Below, piece by piece: positions 7,248 through 16,554 of a DNA stretch of 64,000 nt (position 1 is the stretch's first letter; the number at the start of each line of letters is the position of its first letter). Where the stretch lies: IMG/VR virus record IMGVR_UViG_3300021426_000089, positions 4,126 to 68,125 of that record. One strand, given 5' to 3'. This DNA is from a virus (taxonomy: Duplodnaviria > Caudoviricetes). The notes beneath the pieces are model-generated. The model saw only the letters and a program-made list of their open reading frames with translations. It had not been told where the DNA came from and did not search any database. Both the position numbers and the translations under genes were made by a program.

Positions 7248-9347
7248 ATGGTCAACGAACAAACAATTCGACTGTGGTGGGACCTGTTCAAGGGGCAGGG
7301 CAAACTGACAGAGATACGGCTATTGGGAAAGAAGGGGTCGCGGCAAAAGACGTTCAGCGGCTACTTCACCGACATTGACACGCTCCTCAACGAGTTGCGT
7401 CAGTTCGCGAATCAGGACTTCGGCATCTACGCCACGCTGAATGCTGTCAACGATGCCTGCTACTCCAGAATCCAGCGCGACCACTTCGTAGAGAGTCCCG
7501 TCACCACGAGCGATACTGACATTGTTGGCCGCGACTACGTGATGATAGACTTTGACCCGAAGCGGCCCAGCGACACAAACTCTACGGATGCGGAGAAGGC
7601 CGCGGCCCGGGACAGCGTGAACAGGGTGTATGCCTTCCTCCGCGATCAGGGCTTTGCCCGGCCCGTAGTTGCAGATTCCGCCAACGGCTACCACCTGTAT
7701 TACAAGGTGGCTTTAGCAAATACGGCTGCGGTCCAGACCGTTGTTAAGGACTTCCTCAATGCACTGGAAATGATGTTCGGCAATGATGCAGTTGACATCG
7801 ACATTTCAGTGTTCAATGCCAGTCGCATCGTGAAGGTGATTGGCACGAAGTCAAACAAGGGCGCAGACACCGCCGATAGACCGCAGCGTGAGTCTTACTT
7901 CATCCAAGTGCCGGAGTCCTTCGATGCCACGGATGTCGCCTTCTTCAAGAAGGTGGCCGACACCATCCCAAAGAAGGAGAAACCGAGCCGAAGCAACCGC
8001 TTCGCCCCGCAGGAGGACTTCGACCTTGACCAGTTCATCCAAGAACACGACATTGCGATTCATTCGCAGTCAAGGTTCAGCGGCGGTATCAAGTACATCT
8101 TGGAGGAGTGCCCGTTCAATAGCAGTCACAAGCACCCGGACGCAGCCCTGTTCAAAATGGATAGCGGAGCCATCGGCTTCCGCTGCCTGCACAACAGCTG
8201 CCAGCACTTCACGTGGCGAGACTTCCGTCTCCACTACGACCCGCAGGCATACGACAAGCGAGAGTACTACGAGCACCTGCAGCGGCAGCAGTACTTTGTA
8301 CCGCAGCCGCCACCGCCTCCAGTACCTGTTGACTTGCCCGTGCCCGAGGATGAGCAGAAGGGCAAGAAGTGGCTGCAGATGTCTGACATCAAGTATGTGG
8401 ATCCGGCACGAATCCCGTTTGTCAGTACTGGCATCATCGGTCTCGACAAGAAGATAATGGGCCTGACGATGGGCGACCTCTCTATTTTGTCCGGCCTCTC
8501 TGGTTGCGGCAAAACCTCGCTGATAGATAACATCGTCCTGAACGTGGTCCAGCGCAATGACAAGGCCGCAATCTGGTCCGGGGAGTTGCAAAGTTTCAGG
8601 TTTCAGGCTTGGATAGACCAGATGGCCGCAGGCAAGAACTACGTGAAGGCGAAGCAGGGCTACGACAACCTGTATTTCGCTCCGAAGAACATCTGCGAAA
8701 GGGTGAATGAGTGGCTGGACGGAAAGTTGTTCCTCTACAACAACGAGTACGGCAACAAGTGGTCACAGCTTTTCCAAGACGTTCAAGACATCGTGGAAAC
8801 GGAGGGAGTCCGCCTCGTCGTGCTTGACAACCTGATGGCGTTGAATTTGACGTATCAGGGTGAGAAAAACGACAGGCAGACGGCCTTCATCAACGACTTG
8901 AAGGACTTCGCCAAAAAGAAGAATGTTCACATATTGCTGGTATGCCACCCCAGAAAGGAACAGTCCTTCCAGTTGCTCCGTGCCGAGAGTATTGCCGGGA
9001 CCTCGGATCTGGTCAATATGTGTGACAACCTGTTCATTATGCACAGGGTTGGCCGCGACTTCGAGAAACGTGCGAAAGGCTTCTTCGGTGACTGGATTGT
9101 TCAGAGTTACGCCAAGTATGATGTGGTCGTAGAAATCTGCAAGAACCGCAGCTATGGTGTAAAGGACTACCTCGTCGGCCTGTACTACGAGCAGGAGAGT
9201 CGCCGCTTGAAGAACGATGTCGCCGAGTACATTGTGTACGGCTGGCAGGATGATGCCGGACAGCAGCAGGCACTTGCCTTCGACGACCTGCCGCCGGACA
9301 ACGACGAGTTCGAGAAGGTAGAAGATTTGGAAGATTTGCCATATTGA
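7248..9347 (+). CDS. Primase-helicase (N-terminal primase-like domain + SF4/DnaB-like helicase)
   Basis: IDFDP and SANGYHLYY primase-like motifs, Cys/His cluster, Walker A GLSGCGKTS, VVLDNL, LVCHPRKE, KNR. Confidence 0.85.
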   Translation: MVNEQTIRLWWDLFKGQGKLTEIRLLGKKGSRQKTFSGYFTDIDTLLNELRQFANQDFGIYATLNAVNDACYSRIQRDHFVESPVTTSDTDIVGRDYVMIDFDPKRPSDTNSTDAEKAAARDSVNRVYAFLRDQGFARPVVADSANGYHLYYKVALANTAAVQTVVKDFLNALEMMFGNDAVDIDISVFNASRIVKVIGTKSNKGADTADRPQRESYFIQVPESFDATDVAFFKKVADTIPKKEKPSRSNRFAPQEDFDLDQFIQEHDIAIHSQSRFSGGIKYILEECPFNSSHKHPDAALFKMDSGAIGFRCLHNSCQHFTWRDFRLHYDPQAYDKREYYEHLQRQQYFVPQPPPPPVPVDLPVPEDEQKGKKWLQMSDIKYVDPARIPFVSTGIIGLDKKIMGLTMGDLSILSGLSGCGKTSLIDNIVLNVVQRNDKAAIWSGELQSFRFQAWIDQMAAGKNYVKAKQGYDNLYFAPKNICERVNEWLDGKLFLYNNEYGNKWSQLFQDVQDIVETEGVRLVVLDNLMALNLTYQGEKNDRQTAFINDLKDFAKKKNVHILLVCHPRKEQSFQLLRAESIAGTSDLVNMCDNLFIMHRVGRDFEKRAKGFFGDWIVQSYAKYDVVVEICKNRSYGVKDYLVGLYYEQESRRLKNDVAEYIVYGWQDDAGQQQALAFDDLPPDNDEFEKVEDLEDLPY

Positions 9348-9348
9348 T

Positions 9349-10080
9349 ATGCCAATTTCAGAAGTGTTTTGTATGGACTGCCTCGACTATATGCGGAGTA
9401 TTCCTGACAAATACTTCGATTTGGCCGTGGTGGATCCGCCGTATGGAATCAACGCCCCAGCAATGGATATGGGGAGTTCTAAAGGCAACACCAGCACCGC
9501 TACCAAGTTGCGCAAAGGCCGCTTGAATGGTGGTGCTGGAAAGTTGAAGAATCGAGTCCTGAACACGATGTCTTGCGACTGGGACTTCTCGCCACCATCG
9601 CCGGAATACTTCGACGAGCTGCGCCGCGTCTCCAAGAACCAAATCATCTGGGGCGGGAATTATTTCCCTCTGCCGCCGACGAGAGGAATCATCTGCTGGG
9701 ACAAGATGCAGCCGTGGGAGAATTTCAGTCAGGTGGAGCTGGCGTGGACCAGCTTCGATTGCCCGGCCAAGATCGTGCGAATCTCTACGACTGGAGGTGG
9801 CAATCACGAGGAGAAGATTCACCCCACACAGAAGCCCGTCTCCCTTTATTCGTGGATATTCAAAAAATTCGCGGGGGGGGGTACGAAAGTACTTGATACT
9901 CACCTCGGTAGCCAATCTTCAAGGATTGCTGCTTACTATGCTGGCCTTGACTTCTATGGCTGCGAGATTGACCCCGGCTACTTCAAAAGTGGTTGTGCGC
10001 GTTTTGACAAAGAGTGCCGCGGCATAGAGACTATCAACGGCCACGAAATCCAGCAACTGAATTTGTTCGATGCTCCTTAA
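9349..10080 (+). CDS. Beta-class N6-adenine DNA methyltransferase, in-frame G9 tract (phase ON)
   Basis: VDPPYG motif IV, HPTQKP, VLDTHLGS motif I, GCEID; G9 at 9873-9881. Confidence 0.9.
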   Translation: MPISEVFCMDCLDYMRSIPDKYFDLAVVDPPYGINAPAMDMGSSKGNTSTATKLRKGRLNGGAGKLKNRVLNTMSCDWDFSPPSPEYFDELRRVSKNQIIWGGNYFPLPPTRGIICWDKMQPWENFSQVELAWTSFDCPAKIVRISTTGGGNHEEKIHPTQKPVSLYSWIFKKFAGGGTKVLDTHLGSQSSRIAAYYAGLDFYGCEIDPGYFKSGCARFDKECRGIETINGHEIQQLNLFDAP

Positions 10081-10252
10081 ACCCAATGTCAAGACACGGC
10101 TTTGCCTCGACACTGCCTGCCCGAAGCGGCACACTTGCTGGCGCTTTGTCAAGGGCGGAGACATCACCGTTGGCGAGTTCTTCGATCACGAATGGATTGA
10201 GGGCTGCGACAACTTCAATAAGTACATTCAACGTTCATTATTTTCATTGTAA
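10070..10252 (+). CDS. Small Cys-rich protein
   Basis: C-x4-C-x5-C-x-R pattern. Confidence 0.55.
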   Translation: MLLKPNVKTRLCLDTACPKRHTCWRFVKGGDITVGEFFDHEWIEGCDNFNKYIQRSLFSL

Positions 10253-10255
10253 ACT

Positions 10256-11128
10256 ATGTCTGAAATCAAGCATTACGTTGGCAATATCGAGCCAGCGCCT
10301 AACACGATTTTCGTTTTCGGAAGTAACCCGGAAGGCATCCACGGTGCTGGAGCCGCCCGCGTCGCAGTCCAGAAGTTTGGTGCGGTGATGGGGAAAGGGG
10401 AAGGCTTACAGGGTCAGGCTTATGCCCTTCCAACCAAAGACCTTCGCGTCAAAGAAAACAACGGGCTGCGGTCCATCAAGCCCGAGGCCATCATTATTTC
10501 GATTCAGCGGTTGTATGAGTGCGCAAGAGAGCATCCCGATCTTGACTTCAAAATCGCATATCGCAATACCGACGAGGTGACGCTTAACGGCTATTCCGGC
10601 CACGAAATGATTGATATGTTCCTTGCCGCTGGCCCCATTCCCGCGAACATCTGGATTTCGCAGGAGTGGTTCGATACCGGGAAGTTCACATCGGTGGAGA
10701 TTCGGATCAGGAAGATAGACAATGCTATCAAGGCCCGCTACGCCAGATTTGACCTTCTGTTCTTCAAGGCTTCTGGCTATCTGTTCTCGGACTTCGGCCA
10801 TTTATACGGCTACGAGAAGGCCGTTATCGACCAAGCCCGGAGCATTGCTGTGTACGTCACAGAAAAGGGTGGTGATTGGGAACCGATTTGGAAGGCATTC
10901 AGCGGAGAAGATAGCAGGATTGACACCATCATCGACAACCTGATTAAGGATGGCTACAAGGGCTGGGATGATGGCCATTCCGGGAATAGCGCAGCGCAGT
11001 CAGTCCGATTCGCTCATTGCCTTCTTGAACGTCCCGACCTGTTCCCCTTCCTCCACGGTGCAATGGCTGCTCTGGTAGGAGATCAGGGCTACAACGATGA
11101 TAGAAGTGACCTGCCGAAGAATATCTGA
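10256..11128 (+). CDS. Macro-like (A1S_2505-type) domain fused to an unknown C-terminal domain
   Basis: IFVFGSNPEGIHGAGAA...GEGLQGQAYALPTK signature. Confidence 0.6.
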   Translation: MSEIKHYVGNIEPAPNTIFVFGSNPEGIHGAGAARVAVQKFGAVMGKGEGLQGQAYALPTKDLRVKENNGLRSIKPEAIIISIQRLYECAREHPDLDFKIAYRNTDEVTLNGYSGHEMIDMFLAAGPIPANIWISQEWFDTGKFTSVEIRIRKIDNAIKARYARFDLLFFKASGYLFSDFGHLYGYEKAVIDQARSIAVYVTEKGGDWEPIWKAFSGEDSRIDTIIDNLIKDGYKGWDDGHSGNSAAQSVRFAHCLLERPDLFPFLHGAMAALVGDQGYNDDRSDLPKNI

Positions 11129-11129
11129 T

Positions 11130-11246
11130 ATGGAATATCTTGAATTTTTCTTCGGGGACTTCTGGCACTTTGTGGAACTCTTGATAATATGCTTGGCGCT
11201 GGCTCCGAAAATCATCGTTAACAACGAAAAAGAGGATAACAAATGA
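11130..11246 (+). CDS. 38-aa single-TM peptide
   Basis: MEYLEFFFGDFWHFVELLIICLALAPK..; fills the gap and is ATGA-coupled to the next gene. Confidence 0.5.
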   Translation: MEYLEFFFGDFWHFVELLIICLALAPKIIVNNEKEDNK

Positions 11247-11536
11247 AGCTGTTGATATATTTCGTGGTCGGTTTCCTGAATGTGTTCCTCCATACGGCGA
11301 AGAACATCATCATTATCAAATACCCGTCAAAGGTTGTAGGTAGTTTCGCCAACTGCGTATGCTATACTTTTTCAGCGGTTGTAATCAAATTCATTGCCGA
11401 GTATGATATGTTCACGGCTCTCACCGTTCAGGCCACCACAAACTTCCTCGGCTGCTATACCGCTATGTTTTTCACCGAGAAATTTTTGAAAAGAAATGGG
11501 AGGAAAAGCAATGAAAGCAACACTTGTTCACAATAA
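11243..11536 (+). CDS. Small multi-pass membrane protein
   Basis: Three hydrophobic segments. Confidence 0.6.
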   Translation: MKLLIYFVVGFLNVFLHTAKNIIIIKYPSKVVGSFANCVCYTFSAVVIKFIAEYDMFTALTVQATTNFLGCYTAMFFTEKFLKRNGRKSNESNTCSQ

Positions 11537-11927
11537 CGGCAGGCAGAGGTTCTATTCCCTGTCGGAGCCCATCGCGAAGGGTATGTCCTTGTTCGGACCC
11601 TGCGATGTTATGGAGGACATCAAGAGGTATATTTCGGAAAGAATCAAGCCGGAGTACAAAGAAGATGTTCTTGATAGCTTCAAAGACGGCTGCAAGATGA
11701 TTGCGGTCAGTGATGCACACACTCACATCGAGAGGCTGGTATTTCCAGCCTTCGTCCGTGACAATGGCGAACACTGCATCCTTACCAACGAGATTGATGG
11801 TAAGCATACGTTTATGATTGATGGTGGCGACCCCAGATCCGTGTACCCGGATGCGGTCTATCTCCGTCACCTCTGCATCATCAACAACCTGAAATGGGAA
11901 GGAGTAGAAGATGGCACAGAGTCGTAA
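11511..11927 (+). CDS. Hypothetical protein
   Basis: Operon ORF with ATG at 11511. Confidence 0.6.
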   Translation: MKATLVHNNGRQRFYSLSEPIAKGMSLFGPCDVMEDIKRYISERIKPEYKEDVLDSFKDGCKMIAVSDAHTHIERLVFPAFVRDNGEHCILTNEIDGKHTFMIDGGDPRSVYPDAVYLRHLCIINNLKWEGVEDGTES

Positions 11928-12195
11928 GAAGCGGCAGATAGACGGCCGTCTGGAGTTGCTGCAGAACTGCGACCGTGGCACTCTTGAATCCATCCTGCCA
12001 ATGTTCCTCACCTTCATCTGGGACGTGGAGCAGTATATGCGGGTCGAGGACTCCTTCCTCAAACCTCCGTACTTCGTTAACACGGACCAATACTTCAATG
12101 AGAAGAAGGCCCGGAAGAAGAAGGTCTTGCTTCATCTGAAAACATTCTACAAACTCTTTTGCGATGCTGACGGAACACGACAAGGCTCTCATTGA
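11911..12195 (+). CDS. Hypothetical protein
   Basis: Operon ORF. Confidence 0.55.
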   Translation: MAQSRKKRQIDGRLELLQNCDRGTLESILPMFLTFIWDVEQYMRVEDSFLKPPYFVNTDQYFNEKKARKKKVLLHLKTFYKLFCDADGTRQGSH

Positions 12196-12321
12196 TCAGG
12201 CCCGACATCAGCGGTGGGAGGACATCGACGAGGATGCCGCCGAGACCGAGGAAGGCCGTCGCGCCCTCCACGACATCGCCATCAGAAAGTACCACTACGA
12301 CGAATACAAAGCTGGAATATT

Positions 12322-12570
12322 ATGAGAATCAGAGAATTTTGCGAAACCTATTGCGGGAACAACGTCTTGAAGTACAAGCAAGCCACAATAGACCTTATGG
12401 AGAAGATTGAAGAAAGGCTCGAAAATGGGGAGTTGGGAGATTTCTCTACTCGCGTTGGAGCTTGCCACTACGATGTTTCCTGCGCACTCGAAGTGTATAA
12501 CAAGGAACTGCCGGACTACGACTTCCTCCAGACTGTCGAGAAAGAAATTAAGCATCTTTCTGCGAAATAA
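12322..12570 (+). CDS. Hypothetical protein
   Basis: ATG at 12322 with A/T-rich upstream context. Confidence 0.55.
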   Translation: MRIREFCETYCGNNVLKYKQATIDLMEKIEERLENGELGDFSTRVGACHYDVSCALEVYNKELPDYDFLQTVEKEIKHLSAK

Positions 12571-12581
12571 TCAGTATCGCT

Positions 12582-13094
12582 ATGGATTTTATCGCCCATA
12601 CAAACTACTGGAATTGGGGCTGGAGTACCCACATTATTGCAGAGGGCGGCATTGCCTGCGTCACAATGTCTTTCGACAATGATGATCCGGGCGTATGTTT
12701 TCTTTCTGGATTAAGCGTCGTCCCAAAACATCGAAGGAAGGGATATGCTACCGCGCTTATGTCTTTTTGTGAGCAGATGTGCAAGAAAAACGGAATATTC
12801 CGCATTGACCTACGCTCTGTTAAGGTCGATTTCGTTCTGGACTTCTACCACAAGATTGGTTACACTTCCATCCGTGAGAGTGACGGAGTGATACTAATGT
12901 ACAAATTCATAAAACCTATGGATAAAGTAATCGAAAAGAACAAGCAGATGGACGAGCTGCGGGATTTAGCCCGGCCTCTCCACGACTGGCTGCAGAAAAA
13001 CTTCCATCCTCACGCCACAATCGTAATCGACTACGACGGAGTAAAGGTCGTTGAGGACGCTATGTGGGTCCCGATAAAAACCGACGAGAAATGA
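12582..13094 (+). CDS. GNAT acetyltransferase with C-terminal extension
   Basis: LSGLSVVPKHRRKGYATALM acetyl-CoA motif A; FYHKIGY motif B. Confidence 0.75.
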   Translation: MDFIAHTNYWNWGWSTHIIAEGGIACVTMSFDNDDPGVCFLSGLSVVPKHRRKGYATALMSFCEQMCKKNGIFRIDLRSVKVDFVLDFYHKIGYTSIRESDGVILMYKFIKPMDKVIEKNKQMDELRDLARPLHDWLQKNFHPHATIVIDYDGVKVVEDAMWVPIKTDEK

Positions 13095-13402
13095 AACCGA
13101 TTCTTATGACCGAGGAGTACTGGGCCAACTCCCAGTTCTCCGTCGCCAGATATACTGGCGCAATCAAACTGGACGGGCATCGCTACGTGATTGTTGACAA
13201 GACCGGGCGCGACATCTTCGAGTTGTCGGCTTTGGCCGAGAAAGAAGGCCGGGAGCAGGCCATTGCCCCCGGTGAGCCTTGCGACCTCATCCGTGAGGAC
13301 TTCATCCCCCTGTACAAGAAGCACGGCAGAGAAAAGTTCATTGAGGTGCTGAAAGCCAATCCTGAACTGGAGTCTCCCAAACAGATGAAAACCTTATTCT
13401 GA
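13091..13402 (+). CDS. Hypothetical protein
   Basis: ATGA-coupled operon ORF. Confidence 0.6.
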   Translation: MKPILMTEEYWANSQFSVARYTGAIKLDGHRYVIVDKTGRDIFELSALAEKEGREQAIAPGEPCDLIREDFIPLYKKHGREKFIEVLKANPELESPKQMKTLF

Positions 13403-13403
13403 T

Positions 13404-13760
13404 ATGAAAGCAAAAGACCTCAAACTGGGGAGCATTTGTTATCGCCCAGATACCGATACCATCAAACAACTCAAAGTTGTGCGACTTGGTTTTGACACGG
13501 ATGGAGACATCCTGATCACATTCCACAACGACTCTATGTATGACAAGGGGCGAAAGGTAAAGCCGGATGCAGAGGCCATTATTATGGAGCACGAATGGAT
13601 GCTTCATATTTACTTCTCCATTGAAGCGGCACAAACCCGCCAGCGCCGGATCCGCGACCAGAAGATTGCCGATGCAAAAGCCGCATTGGAGAAGGCGGCG
13701 CAGCACTATGCCGACACCTACGCCAAGTATCACGATGCTCCGGCATCAGAACCGCAGTAA
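13404..13760 (+). CDS. Hypothetical protein
   Basis: Operon ORF. Confidence 0.6.
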   Translation: MKAKDLKLGSICYRPDTDTIKQLKVVRLGFDTDGDILITFHNDSMYDKGRKVKPDAEAIIMEHEWMLHIYFSIEAAQTRQRRIRDQKIADAKAALEKAAQHYADTYAKYHDAPASEPQ

Positions 13761-13772
13761 AAAGTTATCCGT

Positions 13773-14372
13773 ATGGCTCGTAAGGAAAAAGAGGTTCCAT
13801 TTGAGACCCTTAAAGGCAAAACAATCATACGAATTGACGGACTTCACGAAGATAGTGACGGAATTACCTTTTACACCTCCGATGGCCGCGTATTTCGCCA
13901 GTATCATAGACAAGACTGCTGCGAGGAGGTATCGCTGGTAGAAGTGAACGGAGAAGTGCTTTCTCTTATCGGGAGCGAGATACTGATAGCGGAGGAAGTA
14001 GATAGCGAAGATACGCCGCCCCGTGACCCCCAGTATGACGATTCCTACACGTGGAGTTTCTACAAGTTGGCTACGGTCAAGGGCTGGGTAGATTTTCGCT
14101 GGTACGGCACGAGCAATGGTTACTACTCTGAAACCGTTGACTTGTATGAAATCATAGATACTACGCAAGTTATTGAGCATATCACAACCGTCGATATTGC
14201 CGTCTCGGAGAGTGGCCAGAATCGTCTCTATTTCAATGGAGAGGATAATCCAGACATTGAACAATACGTTTTTGATGTTCCAGTAGGAGTATTACTTGCC
14301 ACGGTCCGCGCCCTATCTCTTGCGGAGGAGCAGTTGTGGAAGATTATTGACACATCAAAATTAAAGCAATGA
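13773..14372 (+). CDS. Conserved phage hypothetical protein
   Basis: YHRQDCCEEV and SYTWSFYKLATVKGWVDFRWYGTSNGYYSE, a pattern common in phage proteins. Confidence 0.65.
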   Translation: MARKEKEVPFETLKGKTIIRIDGLHEDSDGITFYTSDGRVFRQYHRQDCCEEVSLVEVNGEVLSLIGSEILIAEEVDSEDTPPRDPQYDDSYTWSFYKLATVKGWVDFRWYGTSNGYYSETVDLYEIIDTTQVIEHITTVDIAVSESGQNRLYFNGEDNPDIEQYVFDVPVGVLLATVRALSLAEEQLWKIIDTSKLKQ

Positions 14373-14551
14373 CAGTAGAAGAACTTGGCTACCTCCCTAT
14401 CGACTGGAGGTATGTCTTTCACCTCAAAGATGGCCGGGACATCACCAAACGCGGGTCTTGGCTACTTACTACTAAAGATGGCCGCTACGCCATCGACGAA
14501 AGGAAGGCAGAACTCGTTGAATCCGTTGACCTGTATGAAGAAGAAAATTGA
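14369..14551 (+). CDS. Hypothetical protein
   Basis: ATGA-coupled operon ORF. Confidence 0.5.
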   Translation: MTVEELGYLPIDWRYVFHLKDGRDITKRGSWLLTTKDGRYAIDERKAELVESVDLYEEEN

Positions 14552-15026
14552 ACACTTTGTCGAGGTCTGGAAACTTCCCCTGCATCGTGACGAGAACTCG
14601 TCCGTGTATGCGTGGTCCGACAACGGCGTGATGGCCCTTACCTTCGCCACAGACGACGTTTCTCTCATTGATGCTATCATTAACCGCATCAACGACAAAG
14701 CCTGCGAAATAAGCGGCAAATGGGAGCGTAGCGGGACAACGTTCTACCGCGATGGCAAATGCGCTTTCATCGTCCGGGGCTGGGGCCATCTCGTCGGCGG
14801 CGGAGCCCTGTGCCTTCCGCTGAAAGAAGCGGCTCGGATCCAAGACGAGTTCTGCGACTACATACTGGAGCAGCTTACGGCGTGTATCAAAACCATTCGC
14901 TGCCCCAAATGCGGGAAGGTCCAGAAGGCTTTGGTCCGGCACACGCCCATCTTCGACGACTTCACGCACCATTGCGATGGCTGCGACTACTGGATAACAG
15001 AATCCGAGTGGGAGGAGGTGGAATAA
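14535..15026 (+). CDS. Hypothetical protein with C-terminal Zn ribbon
   Basis: CPKCGK...HHCDGCDYWITESEW. Confidence 0.6.
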   Translation: MKKKIEHFVEVWKLPLHRDENSSVYAWSDNGVMALTFATDDVSLIDAIINRINDKACEISGKWERSGTTFYRDGKCAFIVRGWGHLVGGGALCLPLKEAARIQDEFCDYILEQLTACIKTIRCPKCGKVQKALVRHTPIFDDFTHHCDGCDYWITESEWEEVE

Positions 15027-15027
15027 A

Positions 15028-15426
15028 GTGTTTACAACGGTCTGGACGGAGGAAAAGGTAGATTACCTACTCCGGCACTTTTCAAACACGGCAAACGCCG
15101 AAATAGTGGCTGCTACTGGCGTGTCAGAGCGCACTATCCAGCGCAAGGCGAAGGCTCTGGGCTTGGTGAAGGATCCGGCATACATCGCAGACGTGGCCCG
15201 CAACGGCCTGATGCAGATAGAATACCTCCGGCTTACTGGTCACAAGATGGGCCCGCCGAAGGGCCTGCGCTGTAATCCTGCCGGAGAGTTCAAGCCCGGC
15301 CACAAAGAGAGCAAGGTCACACGGGCGCTGCGTATTGCCTCGCTCCGGGCCCGCTCCGAATCTGAACATCAACGCATCGCGAGAGGCTTGAAGCCGAATA
15401 CGCGGTGGAATCTGAAAACGAAATGA
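15028..15426 (+). CDS. Basic HTH-like protein
   Basis: NAEIVAATGVSERTIQRKAKALGL HTH; FKPGH motif. Confidence 0.55.
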   Translation: MFTTVWTEEKVDYLLRHFSNTANAEIVAATGVSERTIQRKAKALGLVKDPAYIADVARNGLMQIEYLRLTGHKMGPPKGLRCNPAGEFKPGHKESKVTRALRIASLRARSESEHQRIARGLKPNTRWNLKTK

Positions 15427-15932
15427 GCAAGAAGAAAGACATTGATAGGCAAAAGTACAGGCAGATATATGCCGATGTCGAGGCCAGTACTATCCCCGAA
15501 GAACTGAAAGTCCTCTACCTAATGGCCAATGCCACCGAGATTATGAGTACGCAGTGTTTTGAGCGATTGAAACGGGTCTTTGCCCGGAACGGCTACATCA
15601 TCAACGAGAATGAGTTGCTGACGGGAATCACCCAGTACTGCAAAATGATTAAGCAGGCCACGTTCCACTTCTTTGAGAGGGTGGAGCCGCAGATACAGGG
15701 CGCGACCTTCTTTGCTGGCAGAGACGAAGGAGACACCACTGGTGATGCCAAAGCCTATGACAACTTCAACGCAAGTTCCAACGAGATATGCCGTTTGGTC
15801 CTACTACACGTGGACCGCACCTCTCGCAACAGCGACGGCTATGCCAAAGTGTTTAAGACCCTGCGCCAGTTGCCGAGTGCGGGTCTGATTGCTGATGAGG
15901 ATATTTCAAAATACAAAATGAGAAAATTATGA
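15423..15932 (+). CDS. Hypothetical protein
   Basis: Operon ORF. Confidence 0.6.
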   Translation: MSKKKDIDRQKYRQIYADVEASTIPEELKVLYLMANATEIMSTQCFERLKRVFARNGYIINENELLTGITQYCKMIKQATFHFFERVEPQIQGATFFAGRDEGDTTGDAKAYDNFNASSNEICRLVLLHVDRTSRNSDGYAKVFKTLRQLPSAGLIADEDISKYKMRKL

Positions 15933-16168
15933 CACCTGTAAAATTTGATGGCTGTAATAAGGTCTGGGCCGAGAACCAGCCAGAGTATAATCCGCTCCCC
16001 GCACAGCAATATGGTCCCGTGTCTATCACCTGCTACAAGCTCACTCTCAAAGAGCGCATCAAAGTGTTGCTCACGGGTCTGATATGGTTCGGACAGATGA
16101 ACTTCAACCAGCCGCTGCAGCCCCAGCTTCCCGCCCTTGACAAACAAGACCTGATAGATGCGATATGA
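15929..16168 (+). CDS. Conserved phage hypothetical protein
   Basis: MTPVKFDGCNKVWAENQPEYNPLPA pattern. Confidence 0.55.
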   Translation: MTPVKFDGCNKVWAENQPEYNPLPAQQYGPVSITCYKLTLKERIKVLLTGLIWFGQMNFNQPLQPQLPALDKQDLIDAI

Positions 16169-16341
16169 TTGACGTTGGCGACCGCATCTGGTGGGAGACG
16201 ATAAGGGGTCCTTGTTCCGGCATCGTGGAAGAAATAAGGCCGGACGACAATTTCTTTGTCCGCCTTGACAGCGGAAAATACGTAATCGTCCACGAATTAA
16301 GCGTCTCAAATTGGGAAAAACCCAGCAAACAATAATTATCT

Positions 16342-16548
16342 ATGATTTGGATCCGTCTCTTGGTAGGAGTGATATTCTTCCTCCTGCTTCTTTATTACGC
16401 ATCGGTCGTGATGCAGAACTATGGCGTGATTGAGTTCACGAAGCGACCTATCACCTTCGGCAAAGGACTCATCCCGTTCTATTACTGGATCGCATCCAGT
16501 ACTCCCAAGAAAGTCAAGAAGCGTGTTAAACCCAATAATTCAAAATAA
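16342..16548 (+). CDS. Small membrane protein upstream of SPFH gene
   Basis: N-terminal TM segment; GLIPFYYWI. Confidence 0.6.
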   Translation: MIWIRLLVGVIFFLLLLYYASVVMQNYGVIEFTKRPITFGKGLIPFYYWIASSTPKKVKKRVKPNNSK

Positions 16549-16554
16549 ACAGTT

